Shown here piece after piece: positions 11,186 to 22,299 of a DNA stretch of 64,000 bases (the first letter of the stretch is position 1; the number at the start of each line of letters is the position of its first letter). The DNA is from Synchiropus picturatus (taxonomy: Eukaryota): positions 3,057,643 to 3,121,642 of the forward strand of contig CM094669.1 of NCBI GenBank assembly GCA_044231675.1, read 5' to 3'. Under the pieces are notes generated by a model. That model had not been told where the DNA came from, ran no database searches, and saw only the letters and a program-made list of their open reading frames with translations. A program made the translations under genes and the position numbers.

Positions 11186-11342
11186 GTACGAGAACGAGCT
11201 GGCTCTGCGTCAGTCGGTGGAGGGTGACAGCGCCGGGTTGAAGAGGGCTCTGGACGAGCTGACCCTTGGTCGCTCCGACCTGGAGATGCAGATCGAGTCA
11301 CTGCGCGAGGAGCTCATCCACCTGAAGAAAAACCATGAGGAG
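11186..11342 (+). CDS. Keratin B exon 3 ([52 protein letters not shown]).
   Basis: Same 157-nt length and phase as keratin A exon 3. Donor gtgagt at 11343. Confidence 0.85.
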
Positions 11343-11399
11343 GTGAGTCTTAACCTTGTTGCACGGGACTTGAAATGGGCTAACGTGATCCTCCTGCAG

Positions 11400-11561
11400 G
11401 ACCTGCTGGCTCTGCGGGACCAGATGGGGGGTCAGGTCAACGTGGAGGTGGACGCGGCGCCACAGCAAGACCTGTCTGCCATCATGGCTGAGATCAGAGC
11501 ACAGTACGAGAATGTTGCCGCGAAAAACCGCAAAGATCTGGAGAACTGGTTCCAGGCGAAG
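11400..11561 (+). CDS. Keratin B exon 4 ([54 protein letters not shown]).
   Basis: 162 nt, as in gene A. Donor gtgggt at 11562. Confidence 0.85.
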
Positions 11562-11620
11562 GTGGGTGTGAGCGTCCAGAACTATAGTAGACTGAGAAGC
11601 TAACACATGTGCTCCTGCAG

Positions 11621-11746
11621 ACCGAGGGTCTTAACAAGGAGACGGCTGAGTTCTCAGAGTCGCTGCAGTCGTGCCGCTCCGAGGTGACGGAGGTCAAGCG
11701 CACCCTGCAGGGTCTGGAGATCGAGCTGCAGGCCCAGCTCAGCATG
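11621..11746 (+). CDS. Keratin B exon 5 ([42 protein letters not shown]).
   Basis: 126 nt, as in gene A. Donor gtaggt at 11747. Confidence 0.85.
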
Positions 11747-11807
11747 GTAGGTTCCCGCTCACGTGCACAAGTCCAACATGTCCTCACCACACCCGCACCG
11801 TGCCCAG

Positions 11808-12028
11808 AAATCCTCCCTGGAGGGGACTCTGGCCGACACGCAGAGCCGCTACGCTTGCATGCTGGCCGGCTACCAGAGAGAGGTGAGCGCTCTGGAGGAG
11901 CAGTTGGCCCTGATGAGAGCAGACATGGAGCGGCAGGGGCACGAGTACCAGGCGCTGCTGGACATCAAGACCCGGCTGGAGATGGAGATCGCAGAATACC
12001 GCCGCCTGCTGGATGGAGAGCTCTCACT
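11808..12028 (+). CDS. Keratin B exon 6 ([73 protein letters not shown](L)).
   Basis: Helix-termination motif present. Donor gtgagt at 12029. Confidence 0.85.
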
Positions 12029-12087
12029 GTGAGTGTTGGCCTGTTTGTCTCGGCACACCTGTGACACTGACCCGCTCGCCCCCCCAG

Positions 12088-12166
12088 GCCGTCCACAGTC
12101 GAGTCCACCTCCAAGTCAAAGGTTCTGATCATCACCCGGGAAAGCGACGACGAGTCCGAGTCCTGA
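12088..12166 (+). CDS. Keratin B exon 7: short tail (PSTVESTSKSKVLIITRESDDESES*).
   Basis: Acceptor cag at 12085-12087. Stop TGA at 12164-12166. AATAAA at 12192-12197. Confidence 0.7.
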
Positions 12167-12349
12167 GACCAAGACCAAAGCCTGTAACTGAAATAAAGAA
12201 AGATTCATGCACCTTTGTGTTTGTCCTGCTCATTGACTGCTTCTGTGTGTGGACCAGTTCGTGACTTTATAGTATAAAACCAGGTAGAAATGAGAAGAAC
12301 GTTAACCGGGCCGTGTTATTGTGTTATTTGCTTACTTTACTTAAATACT

Positions 12350-12422
12350 TTTCATTTTCTTTTCAGTGTCTTTTAATTCCTTTTGGAATTAAAAGGGTCT
12401 TTTAATTCCTTTTGGAATTAAA
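12350..12422. repeat. Direct duplication of a 33-bp unit (tcttttaattccttttggaattaaaag). Each copy contains an inverted repeat (ttaattcc/ggaattaa) that could form a hairpin.
   Basis: Seen directly. It lies ~160 bp downstream of the keratin B poly(A) signal. Confidence 0.8.
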
Positions 12423-12839
12423 AGACACTGTGGGGGGCCACAAGTGGCCACACTCCGCCCACCTCTGCTCTAAATGAATACGTGAATTCATGAGAGGAGA
12501 AACGGTGTAGTGAGTCAAACTCACGTCACGTCTTCAGAGCTCCTGTGCACTGACTGCGCCGCCCTGTGGAAGACGAGAGTCACTTCAGCTGCAGTTGAAC
12601 CGTCATCTTCAGTATCACACTTCATGATGGACTTGAGCCTGGAACAGGCAGGTGTTCGACAGGTGAATGAGGTGAAACACGTGGCACACTTTCTGCTTCT
12701 GTCTCACCCCGTGAAGTGATGAACGAACCCAAGAAAATGAAGGTTTGAACTCTCACTCAGTACTGGAATGAAATGTTTCCAGATTCCACAGACACGTGAT
12801 ACAGCGCTCCTCTGGATGACAGCTGAGCTGAAGATCGGT

Positions 12840-13762
12840 TCGGACCCATCAACCGGGACAACAGCGCTTTCTTCGCTACCATCAGTGACGTCACAGCCAA
12901 GGTAAAAACCTTAATGCCGATTCTCACAGACACGCTCTTGACGTCACTGTGGTTGCGGCTCCAACTGGGTCTCCGGGTGACGTCATCGCGCTCTCTGACT
13001 GCAGGAGATGGTCACCATGCGCCCGCAGATGAGCGGGCAGGACCACGTGGAGGTGGACGCGGCTCCGATCCAGAACCTGAAGAAGGTCATCGCGAATGTC
13101 CGACACCACTACGAGGGCATCGCGGCGAAGAACCAGCGAGACCTGGACTCCTGGTTCAACACCAAGGTACCGCTGTGACGTCATGCACGCGGTCCCTCCC
13201 CCGCCTCGTTAATGTGCGCGTGCGTGTTTGCACAGACCGAAGCTCTGAACGCGGAGGTCGTCACCCAGACGTAAACTCTGCAGACGTCGAGGTCAGAGGT
13301 CACCGAGGTCAAAAGGACGTTGCAGTTGCTGGAGACTGAAGGGGAGACTGAAGAGACTCAGGGTCGGTACTCCATGACGCTGGGCGGGTACCAGGCGCAG
13401 GTGAGTCAGCAGACCCGCTTCGGTGACGCATGACGCACCGAGTTCGACTGGCCCTTCTCTCCTCCCCACCAGGTGTCGTCTCTGGAGGAGCAGCTGTTGC
13501 AGCTGTGGCCTGATCTGGAGTGCCAGGGTCAGGAGTACCAGACGCTGCTGGACATCAAGACCCGACTGGAGCTGGAGATCGCAGAATATCGCTGCCTGCT
13601 GGACGGAGAGTTTGTCAGATGACGACCCCAGGACGACGTTCAAGTGCGCATAATGCCTGCTCTTGCAGCTCTTCTACCACGGCCACCACCAGGCGAGTGG
13701 TGACGGTGGTGGAGAAGGTGGTTGATGGGGTCGTGACGTCCAAAAGCTCCTCATCCCATTAA
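12840..13762 (+). pseudogene. Truncated type I keratin pseudogene. It keeps an exon-1 3' fragment (DNSAFFATISDVTAK) plus homologues of exons 4-7. Exons 2-3 and the head are missing, and an in-frame TAA sits inside the exon-5 homologue ([13 protein letters not shown]).
   Basis: The exon 4-6 segments are readily alignable to keratins A and B ([25 protein letters not shown]..., [25 protein letters not shown]). The exon-5 homologue keeps the [14 protein letters not shown] core but is heavily diverged and carries the TAA at 13273-13275. There is no head or coil-1A exon. Confidence 0.75.
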
Positions 13763-15226
13763 ACACCAGCCATAGAGCTCAAACCCGGATCCAGAAGGGA
13801 TTCATCAATCAAACACATGAGAGCGGTTCCCCAGACCAGGTCTAGTTACTGACCAGTCTCCTGTACGTTGTCAAGTGAAATTGAAACAAACAGAAAAGGA
13901 AATACCTGTAACGTCCAGGTGCTGTAGACTGACAGTAGGTGGGGCTACAGGCAAGGCTCTGAGCGCATGCGCACCCCGTGCCATACGGTCTTCCCGGTGA
14001 ACGGTGTCCTGAGGCAGCTCAGTGGTCTTCATCTTGGCTTGCTGGTCCTGCTGGTGGCCAAGACCTGGGTGGAGCTTGGGCTTTTCAAGCACCGCCGCCT
14101 GCTGGATACAGAGGAAACTAGCTGCACCTGGTGGATGGTCAGGTGACCTCGATTGAAGAAGCATGCAAATACAATTCAGTTTTCAGTTTCTTTAATAAAA
14201 GTTTGTTGTTACAAGAAATCTTTTTTTGACATTTTTTTTTCTAAAAAGACTGTATGAGGACACGATGGCACATGGCGGGTCACCTGGACAGGTGCCTTTG
14301 GCTCGACTGGACTGCACGAGCAGCGCTGGAATGACTGAAGTAAACGGCGGCCTGCTCTTTTTAAACTAGAGACTTCTGGTTCAAGATCACACCAGGAAAG
14401 AGATCAGGAAGTTTGGTCACAGACGGATCACGGCTGTGGCATGTTGGCATACAAAACCAGGAATCTCTCAAGCACATGAAGTCCATGTGGTGACTGAAAA
14501 AATGAAGGAATGTTTCAGACAATATAGAAGTTAAAAGCGGTTAGCATGCTAACTGCAGATACGAGGCTCCTTACATCCTGAAAACCCCGAGTTGAGAGTT
14601 CAGCGTCCGGTGTTTGGGTTCCCTCTACAACCAGGGACCTTTGAGTGTCTGGGTTTTGCTGTGAGCTAATGCCTACAGGATTCTGAACGTTTGTCAGCAT
14701 CGCAGAGAAGAACATGTCCGACACGGACATTAACATTAAGAACAGAGCAAAGCAAGTGGCACCATGCTCCAGCAGCGCTAGTGCTGCTGAGTCAGCAGGA
14801 GGAGGTCTGCGACCCTGGTAAATTGCTCACATTAGCAACAAAACATTCTGCTTACTTCATCATCCACAGGGTCACAGCAACATTCCGACTGAAGATTCCC
14901 AAAAAGGCTTATTGTTTCAACCGTACATTAAAACCTGCTCGCTCCGTCTCTGCACAGGTGGACTCTGTGCATCGCGGGAAACACTCCAGTCACTTGCTTC
15001 TGTCCGTGAAAACCCCACATCTTCCGCAGACCTCAAAGAACGGCAACGGCACACGGCAACCAGGAAGTTGCCGTTTCCATGGAAACATCTTTGACTCTGC
15101 AGTTCTTATCAGAATGGAGGGGTAAGTGCTCCGGATCAGAACCAACCACACATCCAATGTTAACAGACTTGGACACGCACTCACATTTACAAAAAGGTGA
15201 GAAAAATACGAAAGGTAAGAAAGCTC

Positions 15227-15227
15227 A

Positions 15228-15258
<31 letters not shown>

Positions 15259-15262
15259 TTAT
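15227..15262. repeat. (TA)n microsatellite in the 3' UTR of the ZNF gene.
   Basis: atatatatatatatatatatatatgtatat. Confidence 0.9.
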
Positions 15263-15311
15263 AAAAAGGAATAATACTTTTGTTACGCAGGAGGTTAAAG
15301 GTTCCGGACTC

Positions 15312-16466
15312 TCAGCTGCTGTCGCTGCCCGCCGTTCCCACGTCACTGGATGGCGTGCAGCCCCCCGACATGCTGGAGTCACTGACTGGCGTGCTGCTGG
15401 TGCTGGCCGTGTTCCCTTGCTCCCGCTTGTGGATCTGCTCGTGTGCTTTGAGGTGACCCGACTGGCTGAAAGTCTTGCCGCACTGCGGGCAAGCGTACGG
15501 TCGCTCACCGGTGTGGATCTGTTGGTGGGCCTTCAGGTGCCCGAGACGACCGAAGCTCTTGCCGCACTGAGTGCAGCCGAAAGGTCTCTCGCCCGAGTGG
15601 ATCTTCTCATGGGTTTTAAGAACTCCAGAGTTGCTGAAAGTCTTGCCGCACTGGGAGCAGGTGAAGGGCTTCTCGCCCGTGTGGATCTGCACGTGATTCC
15701 GGTAGCTGGTCTCCTTGGTGAAGCTCTTGCCGCAGTGCTGGCAGCAGTACGGCCGCTCACCCGTGTGGCTCAGCTGGTGGGCCTTCAGCTCTTTGGACTG
15801 GCCGAAGCTCTTCCCACAGGTGCCGCAAATGAAGGGCCGCTCGCCCGTGTGCAGGCGCTGGTGCGAGCGCAGGTCGTCCGCCTTGGTGAAACCTTTGGGG
15901 CAGTGCGCGCACACGTAGGGCTTCTGGCCAGTGTGGATGAGCTGGTGGCGCTTGAGGTTGCCGGCCTGGCCAAAGCTCTTGCCGCACTGCGAGCAGGAGT
16001 ACGGCCGCTCGCCGGTGTGGATGCGCTGGTGGGTCTTCAGGTTTCCCAGAGTGCTGAAGTTCTTGCCACACTGTGTGCAGGAGAAGGGCTTCTCCCCCTG
16101 CATGTTGCGAGGTTTCCTGGCTGTTGGGTTCTGGGATTTAGTGGTGAGAGGAAGGCTGGCTGCCCCGCGCCCGCCCCCCCCGGAGGCCGCCTTGCCCTGC
16201 TGGGCCGGCTGCAGCTCATACAGAGACCCTCCTCCAAACTCAGGGTCGCCTTTCCCCAGCCCATCCACCAGCAGCGAGTCGGGCCGAAGCTTGTTCAGTT
16301 CCGTCCGGAGTTCGGCCATGTGGATGGACTCCAGGCCGTTGTGGTGCAGGCCCGACAGAGGGCTGGGTTCCGGGAACTCTGACTTGAGCACCGTGAGGTC
16401 CGTGGTGTAGTAACACTGCAGGTCCACGTGGTGGTCCGACTTGATGTACTCGAGTGTGTCAGTGAC
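15312..16466 (-). CDS. C2H2 zinc-finger protein, terminal coding exon: [20 protein letters not shown]... followed by 8 tandem C2H2 fingers, then stop.
   Basis: ORF 15312..16427 (the ORF track labels a GTG start as M). Eight C-x2-C-x12-H-x3-H units joined by TGE(R/K)P linkers. Acceptor tttcag lies just upstream at 16467-16472 on the minus strand. Confidence 0.85.
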   Translation of the reverse strand, partial: VTDTLEYIKSDHHVDLQCYYTTDLTVLKSEFPEPSPLSGLHHNGLESIHMAELRTELNKLRPDSLLVDGLGKGDPEFGGGSLYELQPAQQGKAASGGGGRGAASLPLTTKSQNPTARKPRNMQGEKPFSCTQCGKNFSTLGNLKTHQRIHTGERPYSCSQCGKSFGQAGNLKRHQLIHTGQKPYVCAHCPKGFTKADDLRSHQRLHTGERPFICGTCGKSFGQSKELKAHQLSHTGERPYCCQHCGKSFTKETSYRNHVQIHTGEKPFTCSQCGKTFSNSGVLKTHEKIHSGERPFGCTQCGKSFGRLGHLKAHQQIHTGERPYACPQCGKTFSQSGHLKAHEQIHKREQGNTASTSSTPVSDSSMSGGCTPSSDVGTAGSDSS

Positions 16467-17088
16467 CTGAAACAGAGGAGCCCAGGAGTGAGGCGATGAT
16501 GGAGACGTGGTGGGTCCACCTGTGAACTGGCAGACCTCACGTGGAGATCAACCTGTGCTCCTGAACGTACACACTCAGGTGCAATAGTCATAAGAGAACC
16601 ACCACGAACCACAGGAGTCTCGACAGTTCTGATGTCACGTGATTGGCTCACGAGTGAAGAACAGCACTGATAAAGCAACAAGAGTGCAGCTTCTCACGAG
16701 GAGCATCAGGATCAGCCTCACTTCTGTGCAGTGCTGCAGGACTGGTGACTTCTGTCAGTCCTCTTGCTGAGAAACACTCATGATGTCATCAGGTGGTGAC
16801 CACCTCCCTCCAAGTCACAAGTCAGTAAGGACCGGTTGACCTTTTTTTGAAAAAGGATTTTAATTGAATCCAAATAGGAATTATAGCACATTACTTCATA
16901 TTCTACAGATGCTGATGAACTTTGACCTCACTTTCATCAATGTCTGATGAACTGTTATGGGATCAGCTGGTCCAAGAAGTGGGTCACATGACGCACCTAT
17001 GAGGTTTGAACCTTGACAGCACTTCGGCGAGAAGCAATTGAAAAGCAGAGGGTAGTGGGAGGAGTCTATAAGAAAAAGAGGCACTGAC

Positions 17089-17535
17089 CTGGGTGATGTA
17101 GTCGAACACTGAGCCGGGCTGGTAATGGTTCTTGTAGTCCAGCTCGTGGCAGTGCTGGAAGGCTTCCAGCTGGTCGTCATCGTGGCCGTGATGCTCGGAC
17201 TTTATGTAGTCCAGCCCGCTGATCTCCATTTTGATCTGATCATGGCCTAACTCGGCCGTGGACAGCGGCTGGATCTCAGACAGGTCCACAGTGTGAATGG
17301 GCTCCAGGTCCGGGTCCTCCGGCTCGCTCTTCACACAGGGCAGCATCACAAGAGGCTCTGCCACCTCAGCGGCCAGCGAGCTCAGCGTCGGGGTGGAGCA
17401 GTCCGAGGAAAGAAGCGCCATGGCGGCAGAGCCCGTGGCGCAGTGCACCTGCAGGGCCGAGTCCAGGGGCAGCGGAGGCGACCCGCACTCGGGTGGCAGG
17501 CCCAGACCCAAACACTCGGCCTCCAAGTCTGTCAT
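17089..17535 (-). CDS. First coding exon of the same ZNF gene ([21 protein letters not shown]...[45 protein letters not shown]).
   Basis: ATG at 17535-17533 in good context (caccATGa). Donor gtcagt lies immediately after ...ITQ, and phase 0 matches the downstream exon. The exon holds an internal repeat (DYIKSEHH / EYIKSDHH). Confidence 0.7.
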
Positions 17536-17939
17536 GGTGAGGCAGGATGCTTCACCTTCTGAGGTCACTGTCCTCCTTTGTCCAAGTATCCACTGAGAGG
17601 TGCCGGGTGTGGGTTCAAGACTGAGGGGGCGTGTCCTTGTCACCAGTCACGCCCAACTGGGTCCAGCCTGCAAAACAGGCACACACACACACACATACAT
17701 ACAGGTAATGCTGTAAGTTTATGTAACATCATTATTTAGAGCTCATAGACGATCCTCTCTGCGGCTGTCAGAGCCGCATCGTTCTCCAGCGCCAGGACAA
17801 AACACTTATAACGGGCTCTGCGGACTCAAGCGGTGGCTTCAAAACCGCTTCGCCGATGTACAAAGAGGGCAGGCTGCCATGTTCAGCTAGGTAGCTAGCA
17901 TTAGCCAGTAGCCATCTTGTTTATCAAAGGGTTGCTAAG

Positions 17940-18500
17940 CTAACTATCGGGGCTGGCTGGAATTGAGGGGGGCAAGTGGTTTGGGGGGCAGGGGGTGTCG
18001 CGGACCAGGCGCCGCAGCTGGGACCGCTGGCGACGCCGAGCGCGTGCAGCGAGGAGCGGCTGCCTGCCGCGGCCGAGTACCGGCAGTGGAGCGGTGAAAA
18101 TGAGCGGTACACGACCCTCGGCACGAGCCTGACAGCTAGCGGTACCGACGCGAGACCGCGACCGGAGAAGGGAAGGAGTAGACGACGCGGTGCCTACCTG
18201 GTAGTGATTCGCTTCATGGCTAGTTGGGCTCCGCTGGCCGTCGCTTCTCGCTGACTCCACTGGACCCGCCACGTCCACCTCAGAGAACAACCCGCCACCT
18301 CTCCTCCTCCTTTCCTCCTTCCTCTTCTCTCCCCCTCCCTCCTTTCCTCCGCCGTCAATCACCACCTCCTGCTCGGCTCCTCCTTCTGGATCTCGCTCCT
18401 CCTGGTCCGGGCGGGTTTGGAGGTTTCCATGGTAACTTGAGGAGCAGTGAACTGTGGCGCGCTGTTCTAACCACAGTCACGTGTTTCATGTGTTTTGGCC
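17940..18500 (-). promoter_or_regulatory. CpG-island promoter and 5' UTR exon of the minus-strand ZNF gene. A donor cag|gtaggc sits at ~18198 on the minus strand.
   Basis: CpG-dense, GC-rich block. A GT donor on the reverse strand is followed ~530 bp downstream by an AG acceptor at ~17667. Confidence 0.5.
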
Positions 18501-19959
18501 CCGCCTCTTCAGAGTTCCGCACGCACGTTTGAACTGGTCAGTGTGACGTCACAATCAACCTGAAGTTACAATCGCGAGAGGAAAAGGTAGGGAAAACAAA
18601 TAATTACCTGTGCATGAGACCAGATCTGGTTCCGGCGTCCGGCACTCAGGCAACCGCCTGACCGGAACCAGACCTACAATCTGCACAGAACTTCGACTGC
18701 ACGACTGAAATTAGAAAGTTTGTGGCCTCAACGATTAGTTTTAGTGGTTAAACTGCAGCACGTCTCAACTGCACATTTGACGGCGTTGAGGGTTCAAACC
18801 CACATCCAGAATACCAACAATGATTGAAGTGGTAGAACATTTACTTCCTTTTATTTTTAACGGACACTTGAAAGTACCCACAACATCAAGACACCTTCAT
18901 CATCAAGTGATGGCTCGGCGTAAACTGGCAGATGTTGCACTAAACAAGTCTTAAAGAAGGTCGAATCGCATCAACAGACATCCAAAATGTCACTGACTCA
19001 GCACTTTCATTTTTGGCGGATTGAGTTTAGAGTGCTGAAGTACAAAAAGGCTTTAAATATCAAAAGTATTGCATCCTAGCAGGAATACTTGAGAAATACT
19101 TGGGGAAACATTATACAGGGTATTTCAAACATTTTTTTCAATCTTAGATTCAATTTCCCCTGTTGGTAAAAACATCCAAAAAAACCAAAACAAAACACTG
19201 GACAGTCCCTTTGGGCCTAACTGAGGGGAGTGCCATCCTAAAGCAACTGCAGCCAGGAGCCACCAGCTCAACTCCCTTTTTTTTGGACACAGGAACTGGA
19301 GCCTTCAGAAATGGTCCATTTGGTTCCGCAAAACCTATACACCAGTACGAGTCTCATCAGATTATTGCGGACAAACGACAAGTGTGATGACAATTTCGGG
19401 TTCACGTGGCCCAGACTGTGACCGAGGTAATGAGGTCAGAGCGTGGAAAAGACAAAAAGTGGAAATGTTTCACGAGGTCAAAGTTCATCAGTACAAGAAT
19501 ATAAAAACATGTCAAGACGACACTTCTGCACCTCAGTGGTCGCATGTTAACATGGTAAAATCTAACTTAAAAAAACGAGGTAAAAAAAAATCCTTACTTG
19601 ACTGCTGTTTACAAGAGGGGAGGTCATCACCACCTGATGACATCACTTCCTGTCGGCTGACTGTGTCTCTCTTTCCTAAAGCCCCTAAACGTCAAATGTG
19701 TTTAGCTGTCAATCACTAAGCAGGTTATGACATCATTGACTTGAAGTCATCTTCACTGTTGATACTTTCAATATGGTAACCCAAAACATGGTGTGTGCGC
19801 CGAGTACCTGGAGGAGAGACAACACGAGGAACCGCTGCGACACCGTCCAGCCAATTCAACACTAACACACGTTCTAGAGTCAGAAGCGCTGTAAACAAAA
19901 GTTGCCGTCCTGCGGATGAGCTGAGTCGACTGTGGCAGAGTCCTGATCAGCTTTCAGGT

Positions 19960-20196
19960 TCAGTTCCCGTCTCCAGGGTGCATGGTCGTCATGTGGCTCT
20001 GGAGGCGGGTCGCTGAGGAGAACCTCTTCCCGCATTTGGAACACTGAAGAGGGGGGCCGCTGCTCGGAGGAGCCGGAGGTGACGGGACCCAGTCCGTGGC
20101 AGCGGCGTGAGTCAGGCGGTGGGATTTCAGCTGCGACACACGACTGAACCTGCGACCGCACTCCTCGCACTCCGACCAAACCCTCCTCCTCTTCCT
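19960..20196 (-). CDS. Terminal exon of an unnamed gene: RKRRR basic patch plus two C2H2 fingers (CEECGRRFSRVSQLKSHRLTH; CSKCGKRFSSATRLQSHMTTMH), then stop.
   Basis: ORF 19960..20262. Acceptor gtgtgcag lies on the minus strand at 20197-20204. Phase is continuous with the upstream exon. Confidence 0.75.
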   Translation of the reverse strand, partial: RKRRRVWSECEECGRRFSRVSQLKSHRLTHAAATDWVPSPPAPPSSGPPLQCSKCGKRFSSATRLQSHMTTMHPGDGN

Positions 20197-20308
20197 CTGC
20201 ACACACAAGCGGCCGAGGTTTGTCAATAACAGGTGGTGCATGGATAGGTGGCGCAATAGCAAACATTTCAGTAGTTGTCACTACACACTTCACTTCTGAA
20301 GGACTTAC

Positions 20309-20526
20309 CTTGGTCCCTTTCTCCTCTTCCTCCACCTCCCCTCCGTCGTCCATGTCCTCTTCCAACTCCTTAGTGGTAGGGAGGGATGCAGGTGCCAGAC
20401 CAGGAGGTTCGTTGCTCGAGTCCATTGCCAGAGGAACCGTCTCCTTGGAGGCATCTTCCTCCAGCAGCTGTGACGGCAGGGTGAGAAGACGGTGTAACAT
20501 GGATGCGGAGGACAGCTGGACACTTC
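20309..20526 (-). CDS. Exon 4 of the unnamed ZNF gene (acidic stretch: ...LLEEDASKETVPLAMDSSNEPPGLAPASLPTTKELEEDMDDGGEVEEEEKGTK).
   Basis: Donor AAG|gtaagt and acceptor aaacag on the minus strand. Phases match. Confidence 0.7.
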
Positions 20527-20588
20527 CTGTTTGAGGGGAGGGAGAGCTGTTATGTGATATCAGATGATGGTGAATGGCAGTGTCATAC

Positions 20589-20918
20589 CTGAGGAGCCAG
20601 GCAGAGGTCCAATCTGTTGTTCACCAGCAGTGTGAGCTCGCCCTGTGGAGTTCAGATGACCAATTTCCACGTCCGGTGAGAAGACTTCCATGTCCTCCAG
20701 AGGGGTCCAACGAGGGTCCTGCTGCGGGGAGTACGGAGCTGGCTCCAGGGATAGAGGCAGTGGCTTGTGCTGGGACGTCCTGGACTCTTTTGGGACATGC
20801 CCACTCCCCTCCTTCTCTTCTACGGACCATGAGTCATCAGACCACTTCTCACCAAAGACCTTGTCCAAGATGGGACCCCAGTCCTGGGCGTTGGACTGGA
20901 CGCGGGGAGGCTTTGGAT
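20589..20918 (-). CDS. Exon 3 of the unnamed ZNF gene (DPKPPRVQSNAQDWGPILDKVFGEKWSDDSWSVEEKEG...GEQQIGPLPGSS).
   Basis: ORF 20560..20970. Acceptor tttttttctgcag and donor TCAG|gtatga on the minus strand. Confidence 0.7.
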
Positions 20919-21064
20919 CTGCAGAAAAAAACATGGCGCTAGATGGCACTGCCTTGACTGTATGGCGCACTTTTTCATGATTTTCGAACCATAGGTACTA
21001 TGAAACCGTTCAACATCAACGGCGCGATGCGTTCACAATCCTCGTCACGTGACTGACGGCTCAC

Positions 21065-21331
21065 CTGTAAGCAGCATCTTGGACACCGTAACATCACAAG
21101 CATCGTCCCGAGTCTCCTCTGAACCACTCAGTGAGGCAGAGTCATTCTCGGAGCCGCGGCGCTGGCCCCCGCTGCGTTGTTCTCCTCTCTCCAGCCGCTC
21201 CTCCAGGTGCTGGTGCTCATGCTCCAGCTTGGTGACTTCCAGCAGCAAGTCATCATATGAAGCTTCTACGATCTTGGTCAGCTCGCAGACTGCAAAGTCC
21301 AGAACTGTCTCCATCACAGACTTGAGCTGGT
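21065..21331 (-). CDS. Exon 2 of the unnamed ZNF gene (DQLKSVMETVLDFAVCELTKIVEASYDDLLLEVTKLEHEHQHLEERLE...). This is the second copy of the N-terminal helical motif.
   Basis: ORF 21045..21341. Acceptor cactcag and donor TTACAG|gtgagc on the minus strand. Confidence 0.7.
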
Positions 21332-21814
21332 CTGAGTGCACACAAACAGCATTTACACTATTAGCAATAAAGCAGAAGTCTACACATGGACTAATGCAGA
21401 TGACGTGGAAATCACACTTGAAAGAACAGATCTATCTGCAGACAAACAAAATGTACAGGTAGACCAGCAGCAATTTGAATCTTCACAGAATAAACAGAGA
21501 GTGACACAGGGAGGTGCCACACCCCCGCCAGAGCGACCAACAACTCGCTCTCAAACGTCTGGACTCCTCGGGCTTCAGGTGTGAGGCTCAGACAAGCGCC
21601 TTCTAACCTCATTCCGCTCTGCTGGAGGTCTTCGTTCTACTTCCTGGACCGAGTAGATTCGACCCCAAAATCCGCTCTTTCATTCATGTTCGACTAATGG
21701 CGGACTTTCTGAGCCCCTTCAGCTCGGTTGGTCTCCATCAAAGGTCCAGTAATTCACTTATTCACAGAAGCACGGAGCATTTATGCAAGAGGGCGAGAGT
21801 GGGCGGGGGTGGGT

Positions 21815-21816
21815 GG

Positions 21817-21852
<36 letters not shown>
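21815..21852. repeat. (GT)n microsatellite.
   Basis: gtgtgtgtgtgtgtgtgtgtgtgtgtgtgtcc. Confidence 0.9.
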
Positions 21853-21862
21853 GTGTTCCTAC

Positions 21863-22256
21863 CAACGACTCGCCCTTTGTGCTCCAAGCGGCGCGTGTCG
21901 GTGGCTCCTCCGGACTCCGTGCCCGGTCCCCCGGGGCCACGTAGCTCCGACTGCTGCTGCTGCTGCTGCTGCTGTTGTTGTTGTTGTTGTTGTTGATGAT
22001 GATGTTGGGCCTTTGTCCTGCTGCTGTCTGCTCGCGCGGCCCCACCGGCAGAACCGTCCATAGCCCGCTTTTCCCACGACTGCAGCTGAAGCCGAAGCCG
22101 GTGGTTCTCCCGCTCCTTGACAGCCGTCTCCAGCAGCAGGGCGTTCAGACTGGAGCCCACCGTCTTGCTGATTTCCTGGACGGCGAGCTGAACGACCTGC
22201 TCCAGCACGGACTCCAGCTGGCCCTGGAAGAAGGAGATGAACACGGCTCCGTCCAT
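21863..22256 (-). CDS. Exon 1 of the unnamed ZNF gene (MDGAVFISFFQGQLESVLEQVVQLAVQEISKTVGSSLNALLLETAVKERENHRLRLQLQ... then a polyQ tract). This is the first copy of the motif.
   Basis: ATG at 22256-22254 inside ORF 21762..23015. The polyQ is encoded by a (CAG/CAA)n tract. The 3' boundary is placed at a GTAGGA donor and is only tentative. Confidence 0.55.
21945..22015. repeat. (CTG/TTG)n on the plus strand, equal to a (CAG/CAA)n polyglutamine-coding tract on the minus strand, lying inside exon 1 of the unnamed ZNF gene.
   Basis: ctgctgctgctgctgctgttgttgttgttgttgttg. Confidence 0.9.
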
Positions 22257-22299
22257 GTTCGCTGTCTCATCCTCGGCTGCTCGAGCCCGCAGGCCTCCA

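Noticed and set aside
15417-16382. 321-aa plus-strand ORF (A/L/G/V-rich).
   Set aside because: It is the antisense shadow of the minus-strand C2H2 zinc-finger exon. It has low complexity and no recognisable domain. The opposite strand carries the canonical finger repeats.
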